This document shows positions 48,975-57,421 of a stretch of 64,000 bases of DNA, piece after piece. The stretch is from the NCBI GenBank assembly GCA_039811685.1, contig JBDHZC010000002.1, forward strand, positions 256,001-320,000, in the 5' to 3' direction. How positions within the stretch are numbered: position 1 is the first letter of the stretch; every line of letters begins with the position of its first letter. This DNA comes from Armatimonadota bacterium. Lineage in GTDB: Bacteria > Armatimonadota > UBA5829 > DSUL01. Position numbers and translations under genes: made by a program. The notes beneath the pieces are model-generated. The model worked only from the letters and a program-made list of their open reading frames with translations, searched no databases and was not told the origin of the DNA.

Positions 48975-49269
48975 AAGCTCCTGCGCCGACTCTACGCTGA
49001 GACCATGTGGTAAGCAGGACATCTTGAGCCGGAAAGACGGCGCGTAACAGGGGCATTCGCTGGGACTGCAGTCATAACTGGGATAATGACTGCTTCTGAG
49101 TGCCTCTCCAGACACGACTGCCGCTTCGGTTGCCCGCTCGCGAGACCGGTGTCATTCGTCCCCGCTTACCAGCCGTTGAAAAGGCTGTTTCCGGCTGAGC
49201 CTGCCTCTGTGTGCAGACTTGGCGTTCTGTCTTGCGGACTGCGGCCGTAGAGACTGGGTCGACTTTTTT
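48975..49269 (+). ncRNA. Candidate structured, pseudoknot-capable RNA or 5' leader of rpoN
   Basis: Closing helix 48990-96/49246-52; crossing helices 49008-15/49164-71 and 49027-35/49188-96; internal arms; T6 at 49264-69. Confidence 0.5.
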
Positions 49270-49317
49270 GAAATCCGCACACTGCTGTCCGGAGTATCAA
49301 GTGAAGAGGCTGGCACC

Positions 49318-50745
49318 TTGCTACTGAGACAAGGCCTTAGGCAAACTCTAAGTCAAAAGATTGATCCGAAGATCATTCTGGCCAACAACGTTCTGGCGTG
49401 CTCTACGCTGGAGCTGACGGAGATGATCGAGCAGGAGTTAGCTGACAACCCCGCTATCGAACGCCCTGATGACGATATCTGCAGCGCGTGCGGAGTGCCA
49501 CGCGAGCTGTGCGTCAACTGTCCGTACAAGCAGGAGCAGCAGAAGGCAGACGCATCAGAGGACATTGACTGGCGGGACTGGCTGGCTCCGGACGTGGAGT
49601 ATGTGGGCGTTGTCGGTCATGCGGACGATGAGTTTGACCCCATCGCGAATCTGCGCTCACAACATACGCTCCACGACCACCTGCTGGATCAACTCCGCGC
49701 GACGGGCGACAAAGAGAGCTTCCCGATTGGTGAGGCTATTATCGACAGCATCACCGGCACGGGCTACTTCGAAGGTTCGCTGGAGGAAATAGCGGCGGAC
49801 CTCAAGGTAACAGCGGCCGAGGCCAGGCTGGTGCTGAACCTGATTCAGACTTTTGACCCCGCTGGAGTCGGGGCGACTTCGGTGCAGGAGTGTCTGGCGA
49901 TTCAGCTCCGGGCTTTGGATGAGCAGACTCCGCTCAGCCGCCTGGCTCTGCGTATGGTTGAAGACTACTGGGCCGACACCCACTCACGGAAAATCACCCG
50001 GCTGGCGCATCATCTGAAAGTGCACAAGCAGACGGTCCAGAGCGCATTGAAGTTCATCCGGGAAGAGTTGTCCCCGCATCCGGGCGAATGCTTCCGCCTG
50101 CCCTGGGACACAAACCCCGAGAACGCGCAGTCCGTGCAGCCGGATATAATCGTGCGCCGGACGATGGCGGGGTACGAGATCGATGTGCTCATCACAGAAA
50201 ACCAGTCTCTCGCCCTCAACAACAAATATCGCGAAGCCTACGCCAATATTCGCAACGGCGGCTCCAGAAACTATTCGTCCGATGAGCGCAGGCACATTGT
50301 GGAGTACGTGGAGCGGGCTGATGCGTTTATCCGCAGCATTCTCCAGCGGCGCAAGACTCTGCGGGCTATCACGAAATACGTCGTTGAATACCAGCAGGGT
50401 TACATCGAGACATCCCAGAAAAACTTCCTGCGCCCGTTGACGCGAACACAGGTGGCCAAAGCCCTGGGCTTGCACGAGTCCACCGTCAGCCGAGCGACCG
50501 CCAACAAATGGATGCAACTCCCCAGTGAGGAGGTGGTCAGCTTCGATCCCTTCTTTGACGGGTCCATTTCCATCAAAGACCTCATTGAGGAGATTATTGC
50601 GCAGGAAGACAAGCGGCGGCCGTTGTCCGATCAGGAGATAGCCGAGATTTTGCAGGAGCGCGGACTGAATGTTGCTCGCCGGACTGTGGTCAAGTACCGC
50701 GAAGCTCAAAACATCCTCTCGAGCCGTCAGCGCCGTGCGAGCTGA
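49318..50745 (+). CDS. rpoN: RNA polymerase sigma-54 factor
   Basis: Region I L.Q.L.Q, EQELADNP, FDPAGVGA, LHESTVSRA, RpoN box ARRTVVKYRE; TTG start after GAAGAGG. Confidence 0.96.
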   Translation: MLLRQGLRQTLSQKIDPKIILANNVLACSTLELTEMIEQELADNPAIERPDDDICSACGVPRELCVNCPYKQEQQKADASEDIDWRDWLAPDVEYVGVVGHADDEFDPIANLRSQHTLHDHLLDQLRATGDKESFPIGEAIIDSITGTGYFEGSLEEIAADLKVTAAEARLVLNLIQTFDPAGVGATSVQECLAIQLRALDEQTPLSRLALRMVEDYWADTHSRKITRLAHHLKVHKQTVQSALKFIREELSPHPGECFRLPWDTNPENAQSVQPDIIVRRTMAGYEIDVLITENQSLALNNKYREAYANIRNGGSRNYSSDERRHIVEYVERADAFIRSILQRRKTLRAITKYVVEYQQGYIETSQKNFLRPLTRTQVAKALGLHESTVSRATANKWMQLPSEEVVSFDPFFDGSISIKDLIEEIIAQEDKRRPLSDQEIAEILQERGLNVARRTVVKYREAQNILSSRQRRAS

Positions 50746-50756
50746 GCTTATCAGAC

Positions 50757-50782
50757 GCCGGCTGTCACAGACAGCGGCTTTT
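50757..50782 (+). terminator. Intrinsic terminator after rpoN
   Basis: GCCG-GCTGTC-aca-GACAGC-GGC followed by TTTT. Confidence 0.6.
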
Positions 50783-50802
50783 GTCCAGACATAGCCCGGT
50801 AC

Positions 50803-50836
50803 AAAAAAGAACCGGCCGAGAACTCATCTCGACCGG
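50803..50836 (-). terminator. Intrinsic terminator on the minus strand
   Basis: Minus strand CCGGTCGAG-loop-CTCGGCCGG followed by TTCTTTTTT. Confidence 0.7.
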
Positions 50837-51089
50837 AGCCTCTCAGAAGCTAGTCTACCGCGTAAAACATCCGTCTCAGCAAGACTTCGCAAACTCACGC
50901 AACCGCAATGCTGTGTCGCAAGAGGACGTGAGTCTTCTGAGCAGGCGATTTGCTCTGCGCTGTGTGCTATATATCTAACGATTCACCCAACTCGAATGTT
51001 CCGCCGTACTCCTGAGCCGCGCGCATAACGGATAAATCGGGGTCCTACAGGTCAGCTCACCACAAAACCCGCACTTGTCAGCGCCGCCA

Positions 51090-51380
51090 TCACGCTTCGA
51101 TATCTATGGCGAACTCCCGAAACTCTCCCGTCGCCTCACTCCACTGCTCGCGCACCCGGTCCACGACAGCCGAGCGCGGCCCCTGCCACAAGGCAGAGAT
51201 CAACTGCTCCAGGGTGTCCGCATCTCCCTCCGCGACGATCTTCACCTTGCCGTCCGGCAGATTTGAGACACGCCCATTGACATGCAGTCCTATGGCCGCC
51301 ATCTGGACGAAATACCGGTAGCCCACGTCCTGCACGCGGCCTTCGACTACCGCTTCAAGCCTCTTCAGCTGTCCACTCAT
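51090..51380 (-). CDS. acyP: Acylphosphatase
   Basis: VEGRVQDVGYR, V.NLPDGKVKIVAEG, GP..A.V. Confidence 0.92.
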   Translation of the reverse strand: MSGQLKRLEAVVEGRVQDVGYRYFVQMAAIGLHVNGRVSNLPDGKVKIVAEGDADTLEQLISALWQGPRSAVVDRVREQWSEATGEFREFAIDIEA

Positions 51381-51753
51381 CTTCTGAGTTTCTCCCCCAG
51401 GGGTGTTTGCGCGTTTTGCGTCCGGGATTGCGCAGATTTGGCGCAGTAGCGTCGCGGCCCTCTTCTGCTATCTTCACGCAGTCCAGCAACGCAGCCGCTC
51501 GCCTGATCATCTCTTTTTCAGCGTTAAGCACTGATACCGCCGCGAGCGAGTCGTGTTCGATCTCTCGCGCCTGCTGAAGCGCTCTGGCCGCCTTTTCCAG
51601 CTTATGCCACTGATAAAGACATGGCAACTCGCTCTCGTCGCTATCGAGATGGGCGGCGAAATTGACGGCACACTGACTGAGCGCGGTTACAGTCTCGTCC
51701 AGCAGACGCAGCACGTCTTCCACCGGCATAAGACGCTTCTGTGGGTGTGGCAT
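51355..51753 (-). CDS. Hypothetical helical protein
   Basis: GGAG RBS before the ATG; overlaps the acyP start; no recognised motif. Confidence 0.55.
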   Translation of the reverse strand: MPHPQKRLMPVEDVLRLLDETVTALSQCAVNFAAHLDSDESELPCLYQWHKLEKAARALQQAREIEHDSLAAVSVLNAEKEMIRRAAALLDCVKIAEEGRDATAPNLRNPGRKTRKHPWGRNSEDEWTAEEA

Positions 51754-51890
51754 GTCTCCTGCTTTCCCGATTTTTCCGATAGAATACCACGCACTGCGGG
51801 AAAAGTCCTTGTGACTGGCTGGCGCCTGGGCCTTGTGCTTTCATACCCAGAGCGTAGCCTGCAAACGCAGACGAAGGAGACAACGAGCTT

Positions 51891-52277
51891 ATGGCAATTG
51901 AAGAAAAAGTGTTCAACGAGCAGGACTTCCGCTCCGAGATCAAGGAAGACCACCGCCCCTGGGGCAAGTTTCGAGAGTATCCCGTCGAAGGTGTCGGTGC
52001 GGTGAAGATCATCACGGTAGACCCGGGAGGAATCCTTTCGCTTCAGTACCACCACCACCGCGCGGAGTACTGGGTTGCGCTGGATGAGGGGCTGGAAGTG
52101 GAAGTGGACGACAAAACCATCCGCCCCGCTCCCAACGAAGAGATTTTTATTCCTCGGGGCGCGCATCACCGCCTGAAAGGGGTCGGGGACAAACCCGCCC
52201 GTATTATGGAGCTGTGGCTGGGCAACTCGGATGAGTCTGACATCGTGCGGCTTGAAGACAAATACGGGCGCAGCTAG
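51891..52277 (+). CDS. Mannose-6-phosphate isomerase type II C-terminal cupin
   Basis: RPWG, LSLQYHHHRAEYW, ESDIVRLEDKYGR. Confidence 0.9.
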   Translation: MAIEEKVFNEQDFRSEIKEDHRPWGKFREYPVEGVGAVKIITVDPGGILSLQYHHHRAEYWVALDEGLEVEVDDKTIRPAPNEEIFIPRGAHHRLKGVGDKPARIMELWLGNSDESDIVRLEDKYGRS

Positions 52278-52293
52278 AACACCAGACAAGCAG

Positions 52294-52337
52294 TAGTAAT
52301 AGTTCCTATTGCTAAGCCCTGATATTTCGGATAAAGT
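52294..52337 (+). promoter_or_regulatory. ahpC promoter with an AT-rich palindrome overlapping the -35
   Basis: TAGTAATAG-ttc-CTATTGCTA (52294-52314); TTGCTA-17 nt-TAAAGT. Confidence 0.6.
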
Positions 52338-52410
52338 CCCGTTTGGCGGCGTCGAACGGGACGTTGCGTTATACCGAGTTGATAGAGAGCTGTAAGAGAG
52401 GAAGATTCCT

Positions 52411-52968
52411 ATGAGCGACGAGAGACATTGCGCGAAAGTGGGTGAGCCTGCGCCCTGTTTCAATATGCCCAGCACCAAGAACATGGAGAAGCTCAACGAC
52501 AACGTGTCGCTTGACGACTACAAAGGGCAGTGGTTGATCCTGTTCTTCTACCCGCTGGATTTTACTTTTGTCTGCCCGACTGAAATCACAGCGCTTTCTG
52601 ACCGCTACGAGGAGTTCAAGGAGCTGGGATGCGAAGTCATTGGCTGCTCAACCGACAGCGTCTACAGCCACCGCGCCTGGATCAACACTCCCCGCAGCCA
52701 CAACGGGATTGCCGATCTGAAGTACCCGCTGGCTTCTGACATCACGAAGAGTGTCTCACGGGACTACGGCGTGCTTATTGAAAATGAGGGGATTGCCCTG
52801 CGCGGGTTGTTCATCATCGACCCCAATGGTGTCCTGCGCTACTCAGTCATTCAGGATCTGAACATCGGACGAAGCGTGGATGAGACCCTGCGCGTTCTGC
52901 AGGCGCTTCAGACGGGTGGTCTGTGCCCGAGCGACTGGAAGCCTGGAAAGGCCCTGTTGCAGGCGTAG
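52411..52968 (+). CDS. ahpC: 2-Cys peroxiredoxin (AhpC/YkuU-like)
   Basis: [28 protein letters not shown]. Confidence 0.95.
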   Translation: MSDERHCAKVGEPAPCFNMPSTKNMEKLNDNVSLDDYKGQWLILFFYPLDFTFVCPTEITALSDRYEEFKELGCEVIGCSTDSVYSHRAWINTPRSHNGIADLKYPLASDITKSVSRDYGVLIENEGIALRGLFIIDPNGVLRYSVIQDLNIGRSVDETLRVLQALQTGGLCPSDWKPGKALLQA

Positions 52969-53052
52969 TGTCCTGCATTTTTCCGCGGGGAGCGCTCTTG
53001 AAGCCTCCCCCACTTTTTACTTTTCGTTTTCATTGATAGAGGAGTCGCCATC

Positions 53053-53514
53053 ATGCCTTTGAAGATCGGAGCTGACCTGCCGCCTCTTGAGGACGCGACG
53101 GAATGGATAAACGGGGAGTTGGGCTCCGGTGACCTGATTGGGGCGCCGTCTCTGGTCTATTTCTGGGCTGTTTCCTGCCACATCTGCAAAGACAATCTGC
53201 CCAAGCTGGCGCAGTGGCGTGAGAAGTACGGGGACGATCTGCAAATGGTGGGGATCCACATGCCACGCCAGGAAGAAGACATGGATGTTGAGGCGGTCCG
53301 CAAAGCCATCGCAAACTTCAGCATTCCGGACCCGATTGGCATTGACAATACGCACGAAGTCGGGGACGTCTTCGAGAACAAGTTCTGGCCAGCCTACTTC
53401 CTGTTTGACGCAGACGGCAAACTGCGGGCTCGCACTGCGGGTGACGTGGGGCTGGAGATGCTGGAAAAGAGTCTGGAAAAAGTCATGTCGGAGGCTGCGC
53501 AAAGCAGTCAGTAG
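53053..53514 (+). CDS. YkuV/TlpA-like thiol-disulfide oxidoreductase
   Basis: FWAVSCHICK, HMPR.EED, N.FWPAYFLFD; follows the peroxiredoxin as in Bacillus ykuU-ykuV. Confidence 0.88.
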   Translation: MPLKIGADLPPLEDATEWINGELGSGDLIGAPSLVYFWAVSCHICKDNLPKLAQWREKYGDDLQMVGIHMPRQEEDMDVEAVRKAIANFSIPDPIGIDNTHEVGDVFENKFWPAYFLFDADGKLRARTAGDVGLEMLEKSLEKVMSEAAQSSQ

Positions 53515-53627
53515 TGCTTCGCAGCCTCTGAGACAAAGCTCCAGAAGTGGACATGGACTCCGGACACAGGCTAAAATCGCGCCTGCGGCACAGGCTGTTT
53601 CCTAGCGCCGCAACCGGAGAAACCGCC

Positions 53628-54671
53628 ATGCTCACGAAGCTCTCTGCTGTCCTGTTAGCCGTTTGCGCCACCCTCGCTCTGCCCCGGGGGGCGGCGGCGG
53701 ACTTTGCCAGCGGCGCCTATGCCCGCCAGCTCGGGATGGGCGGCGCAGGGCTGGCGCTGATAGACCAGGCCTCCTCTACGCAGTATCTCAACCCCGCAGC
53801 GCTTGCCTTCACGAAGAAAAAGCTTGGCTTCAATTTTCCAAGCGGCACGATCCGCTTTGACGGAGTGAGCTTCTCGACAGCCTCGGATCTGCGCCGGGCA
53901 GTTCTGGATCAGGACCAGGATGACATTATCGAAAGCGCCCGCAGAATGGCCAGACGGGAAGCCACAGTTGACGCCAGCTTCGTCTCCGGGCTCACCTTTT
54001 ACAAGGCCAATCTCGGCTATGAGGGACAGGGGCGCGTGCAGGCTACTCCAGATTCAGCGTTGATGAGCTGGGCCAATGGTCCCCAGACGACTCCTCCAAC
54101 AGGCACATCGCGTATCCGGGCGGCCTCTGTTGTCTCCGCGCCGTCAATCGCTGTCGGCAGCAACGTTCCCTGGTACAAAGGCGGACGGCTGGCGGTAGGC
54201 GCGCGAGTGCGTTTTCAGCAGCTTTCGGGGCAAACCCGGGAAGTGACCTTTGACAACGGAAATGCGAGCGTGGCCGACCTTGCCAGCGAACACAGAAACG
54301 GTGTCGCGGCCGATGTCGGCTTTGTCCTGCGACCACAGGAAAACAAAGGCATTGCGTACGGCCTTGTCGTCAATGACCTGATTCACCCGCACTTTCAGTC
54401 GTACGAGCAAAGGACGATGATCAGCGGAGGTATCGCGAAGCATTTCCGACCCGGACTGGTCGCGGCTGCGGACGCTGTGAACATCACCAATGCGTACGGC
54501 GACGGCGTGGATCTGCGGGCTGGCATTGAATACAAGCCCCTCAAGTTTTTTGCCCTCAGGACAGGGTTGTCCACCCACCGCGGATGGACGGTCGGTGTGC
54601 AGTTGGCGGGGTTCAACTTCGCGTGGGCTGCTGACGCTCCGATGGTGCTGTCTCAGACACTGCGGTTCTAG
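53628..54671 (+). CDS. Putative outer-membrane beta-barrel with a PorV/TraF/FadL-like N-terminal motif
   Basis: Signal peptide; ARQLGMGGAGLA...YLNPAALA; alternating beta strands (DVGFVL, LRAGIEY, ALRTG); terminal Phe. Confidence 0.65.
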   Translation: MLTKLSAVLLAVCATLALPRGAAADFASGAYARQLGMGGAGLALIDQASSTQYLNPAALAFTKKKLGFNFPSGTIRFDGVSFSTASDLRRAVLDQDQDDIIESARRMARREATVDASFVSGLTFYKANLGYEGQGRVQATPDSALMSWANGPQTTPPTGTSRIRAASVVSAPSIAVGSNVPWYKGGRLAVGARVRFQQLSGQTREVTFDNGNASVADLASEHRNGVAADVGFVLRPQENKGIAYGLVVNDLIHPHFQSYEQRTMISGGIAKHFRPGLVAAADAVNITNAYGDGVDLRAGIEYKPLKFFALRTGLSTHRGWTVGVQLAGFNFAWAADAPMVLSQTLRF

Positions 54672-54768
54672 CGCGGCAGACTGCGCGCATCCGGTTCAGG
54701 TAGAATAGTAGGCACAGACACACTCTCGCAGATCTGATTTCAGAATCTGAGAATGGAGCCTTCAGCGC

Positions 54769-55533
54769 GTGGCTCTTTACCGCGCAAACGCAATCGTCCT
54801 GAGACGCCGCAGCTTTGAAGAAACTGACAAGCTGCTGGTGCTCTACACCCGCGAATACGGCAAGCTCTCCGCCGTAGCCAAAGGAGCGCGCCGCTCCCAA
54901 AGCCGCCTGGTAGGCGCGACGGAGCCACTCGTATATGCCCGGATGCAGCTCGCCGAGGGACGCAACCTGGATATTGTCAGCGAGGCCACTCCGCGCCACT
55001 CTTTCTCCGGGATTCGCTCCTCCCAGCGCAAAATCGAGTACGGTCTCTACCTTCTGGAGTTGACGGAGGCTCTGGTGGAGGAGCGCCAGCCTTCACACGA
55101 GCTGTTTGACCTGCTCCTGTCGTCGCTTTATCTGCTGGAGTCTCGCTCGTCGCTCAGCGCAGTTGTCCGCCGCTTCGAGCTTCAAGCGCTGGACGCTGTT
55201 GGATACACTCCGGAAATGGACAGGTGCGTGGTGTGCCAGGCCCGGCGTCCACCGGCGCGCGCAGCGGCGTTTTCCGCCTCTCACGGGGGAATTGTTTGCA
55301 CACGTTGCCGGGCGGGCGTTGAGGACGTTGTCCTGGCCTCCGGCGCTGTGCTGGACGGGATGAAGTCTCTTGCCCGGCTTCCAGCGCATCAGGTAGGCGC
55401 ACTTGATCTCACGGTTGAAAACTTGCGTGACGTGGCGAAGCTGACTCGCAAACACATCAGCTTTCACGTTGGGCGCGATCTCAAGGCCGGCAGCGTTGTT
55501 GCGACCTCTGAAGCCCACCCCTCAGCGGATTGA
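54769..55533 (+). CDS. recO: DNA repair protein RecO
   Basis: AIVLRR..FEETDK...LYTREYGKL.AVAKGARR; FEL..L...GY.P; CxxC...CxxC Zn finger. Confidence 0.95.
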   Translation: MALYRANAIVLRRRSFEETDKLLVLYTREYGKLSAVAKGARRSQSRLVGATEPLVYARMQLAEGRNLDIVSEATPRHSFSGIRSSQRKIEYGLYLLELTEALVEERQPSHELFDLLLSSLYLLESRSSLSAVVRRFELQALDAVGYTPEMDRCVVCQARRPPARAAAFSASHGGIVCTRCRAGVEDVVLASGAVLDGMKSLARLPAHQVGALDLTVENLRDVAKLTRKHISFHVGRDLKAGSVVATSEAHPSAD

Positions 55534-55562
55534 GCGCCGGAGCGGACTCCAGATTTAGCGCT

Positions 55563-57365
55563 CTACCGGGTCTCCACAATCTCATAGGGTGGGACCGAAA
55601 CCCTCTTGCCGCTTAGCGCAACTTCTACTGCGCCTTCTGTCGTGTTGAACAGCAGCGCACTTCTACCGCGATGTGTCACCCAGACGCCATCTCTGGGGTC
55701 AGCATCCGGCAGCAATCCAGCCAGAAGATCGGCAGTTGTGGTGGAATCCTGACTCACGGCGACGGTGTGCGCTGCGCCCGGGTCCCACGGCTTTCCCTCA
55801 ACGCTTTGCACGCGGATATCCCGCATAATCACTGCTCCACCAGCTTTCTGCCATGCGCTGATCCTCTCCAGCGTGTCCTTCTCTACAATGTCCGCTTGAA
55901 CGACAATAAGCGTCTTGTAGCGCTTCAGCGCTCCATCCTGAATCAGCAACTCATCCAGCACATCGTAGTCCACCCGGTCACGCAGAGCATCCGCCACTCT
56001 CACCGTGAAAGACAGATCACCACCCAGCCGGTAGAAAGTGGTGGGCATCAAGATTGCGACCGAGGTGCCGGACGGCTGGCCGGTGTAGAGATGAACGTAC
56101 TTGCGAATGTCTTCAGCGTGCTGATCAAATTCGTACGTAAACAGCTGAGACGCGCCGCAGGAAGCGTCCGAAAACATCCGCCGCACGAAGCTGTTCCGGT
56201 CCAGACCTCCGGCTGGCTCAGTGGAGAGCCGGACGCCGTAGAAGTTGTACGCCGTCGCCAGCCACTTATCCCCAAAGTATGCGCCGTGACAGTCGGCGGG
56301 CTGCAGGACGATGCCGTAGGGCGCGGCCATTTTCGCGTAGCCGGGAGAGTAAGTGCCCCAGGCGATCGGGTTCACCCCACCGGCCGTACCGCCGGGCTTG
56401 GTGCGAACCTTTTCCGCAGGAAAGTACTTCAGAACTGTCTTGATGGACTGTTCTGTGAAGTCAATGATCGCCTGGTGATACCAGGTGATGAAATCCAGCC
56501 AGCGACGCCGCTGTTGCGCCGCGGCGAAAGCGCCAGGGTCTGCAACAAAACCCACCTTGCGCGAGGCGCCGTTGATACTTGGTTTATCTTGCTCGGCTGC
56601 AACTGGTTTGGCTATCTGCTCGGGAAACTCCAGCGCGGCAAAGCTGCGATAGGAGACGCCCCAGGCTTCGTTCAGACTCTCGACCGTGTGGTACTTGCGG
56701 CGCATGGCCTCACGAAAAGCCCGAACCGCATAGACATCCGCACACCAGTACCCCTCGTGGCAGTGGCCGATATTGACCCAGTCCGGGACATTGAGAGGGT
56801 AGTTTCCTTCCCCGTATGGGCCCAGAATGCACGCGTAAATACCGTCAATGCGCGAGCCAAAATGCTCCGCCAGCGCTTTGTAGAAGCGGTCGTACCAGCG
56901 GATGGTCTGAGGGTCGAAAATCGAGAGGTAGTTGGTCTCCTGGCGGTGCTCCAGGCACTTCATCAGCGTGCGCGGCTGAGACGCGTCACCGGGACCTGAC
57001 TCCCGCAGCCAGACGGGAGGAAAATGAGCCCAGTTGTAAACGACGTACTTCAGGCCTGCTCCGTGCAAAGCCTTCTCCACCGTATCGTGTTGAGAGAAAT
57101 CCCACGTTCCCTCGTCGCGCTCCACAGCTCCCCAGGCGATGTAGTCTTCGTAAGCTACCAGACCGGCCTCTTTCATCTTCTTGAGAGCCTCAACAGTCGG
57201 AGGCGGCTCGATGAAATTCGGCTGTGGGCGGGCGCCGATAGGTGAATGCAGAATGTAGAAAACGCTCAAGTTCCCGGTGGAGACGTTCCACTTCGATCCG
57301 TCAAACGCATGCGCCGCACAACTCAACAGCGTAAGAACGGCTGCGAGGATCAGAGCTTCTTTCAC
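55563..57365 (-). CDS. Secreted GH14 (beta-amylase)-like glycoside hydrolase
   Basis: DYIAWGAVE..GTWDFS, LGPYGEGNYP (compare beta-amylase GPAGELRYP), LSTEPAG; GTG start after GAGAGG. Confidence 0.65.
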   Translation of the reverse strand: MKEALILAAVLTLLSCAAHAFDGSKWNVSTGNLSVFYILHSPIGARPQPNFIEPPPTVEALKKMKEAGLVAYEDYIAWGAVERDEGTWDFSQHDTVEKALHGAGLKYVVYNWAHFPPVWLRESGPGDASQPRTLMKCLEHRQETNYLSIFDPQTIRWYDRFYKALAEHFGSRIDGIYACILGPYGEGNYPLNVPDWVNIGHCHEGYWCADVYAVRAFREAMRRKYHTVESLNEAWGVSYRSFAALEFPEQIAKPVAAEQDKPSINGASRKVGFVADPGAFAAAQQRRRWLDFITWYHQAIIDFTEQSIKTVLKYFPAEKVRTKPGGTAGGVNPIAWGTYSPGYAKMAAPYGIVLQPADCHGAYFGDKWLATAYNFYGVRLSTEPAGGLDRNSFVRRMFSDASCGASQLFTYEFDQHAEDIRKYVHLYTGQPSGTSVAILMPTTFYRLGGDLSFTVRVADALRDRVDYDVLDELLIQDGALKRYKTLIVVQADIVEKDTLERISAWQKAGGAVIMRDIRVQSVEGKPWDPGAAHTVAVSQDSTTTADLLAGLLPDADPRDGVWVTHRGRSALLFNTTEGAVEVALSGKRVSVPPYEIVETR

Positions 57366-57421
57366 AATGGAACCTCTTTCACTTCCAGACACACCACACC
57401 TCAGAAGCTGCAGGCAACCGC

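Noticed and set aside
49311..49325. TGGCAC...TTGC at the rpoN start as a sigma54 autoregulatory promoter
   Set aside because: Only 1 nt separates TGGCAC and TTGC, whereas the -24/-12 consensus needs 5
53628..54671. TraF-like barrel as evidence of a conjugative element
   Set aside because: No other tra/T4SS, relaxase or integrase genes in the window; the flanks are housekeeping genes
55671..56999. 442-aa + strand ORF
   Set aside because: Antisense to the GH14-like gene with no recognisable motifs
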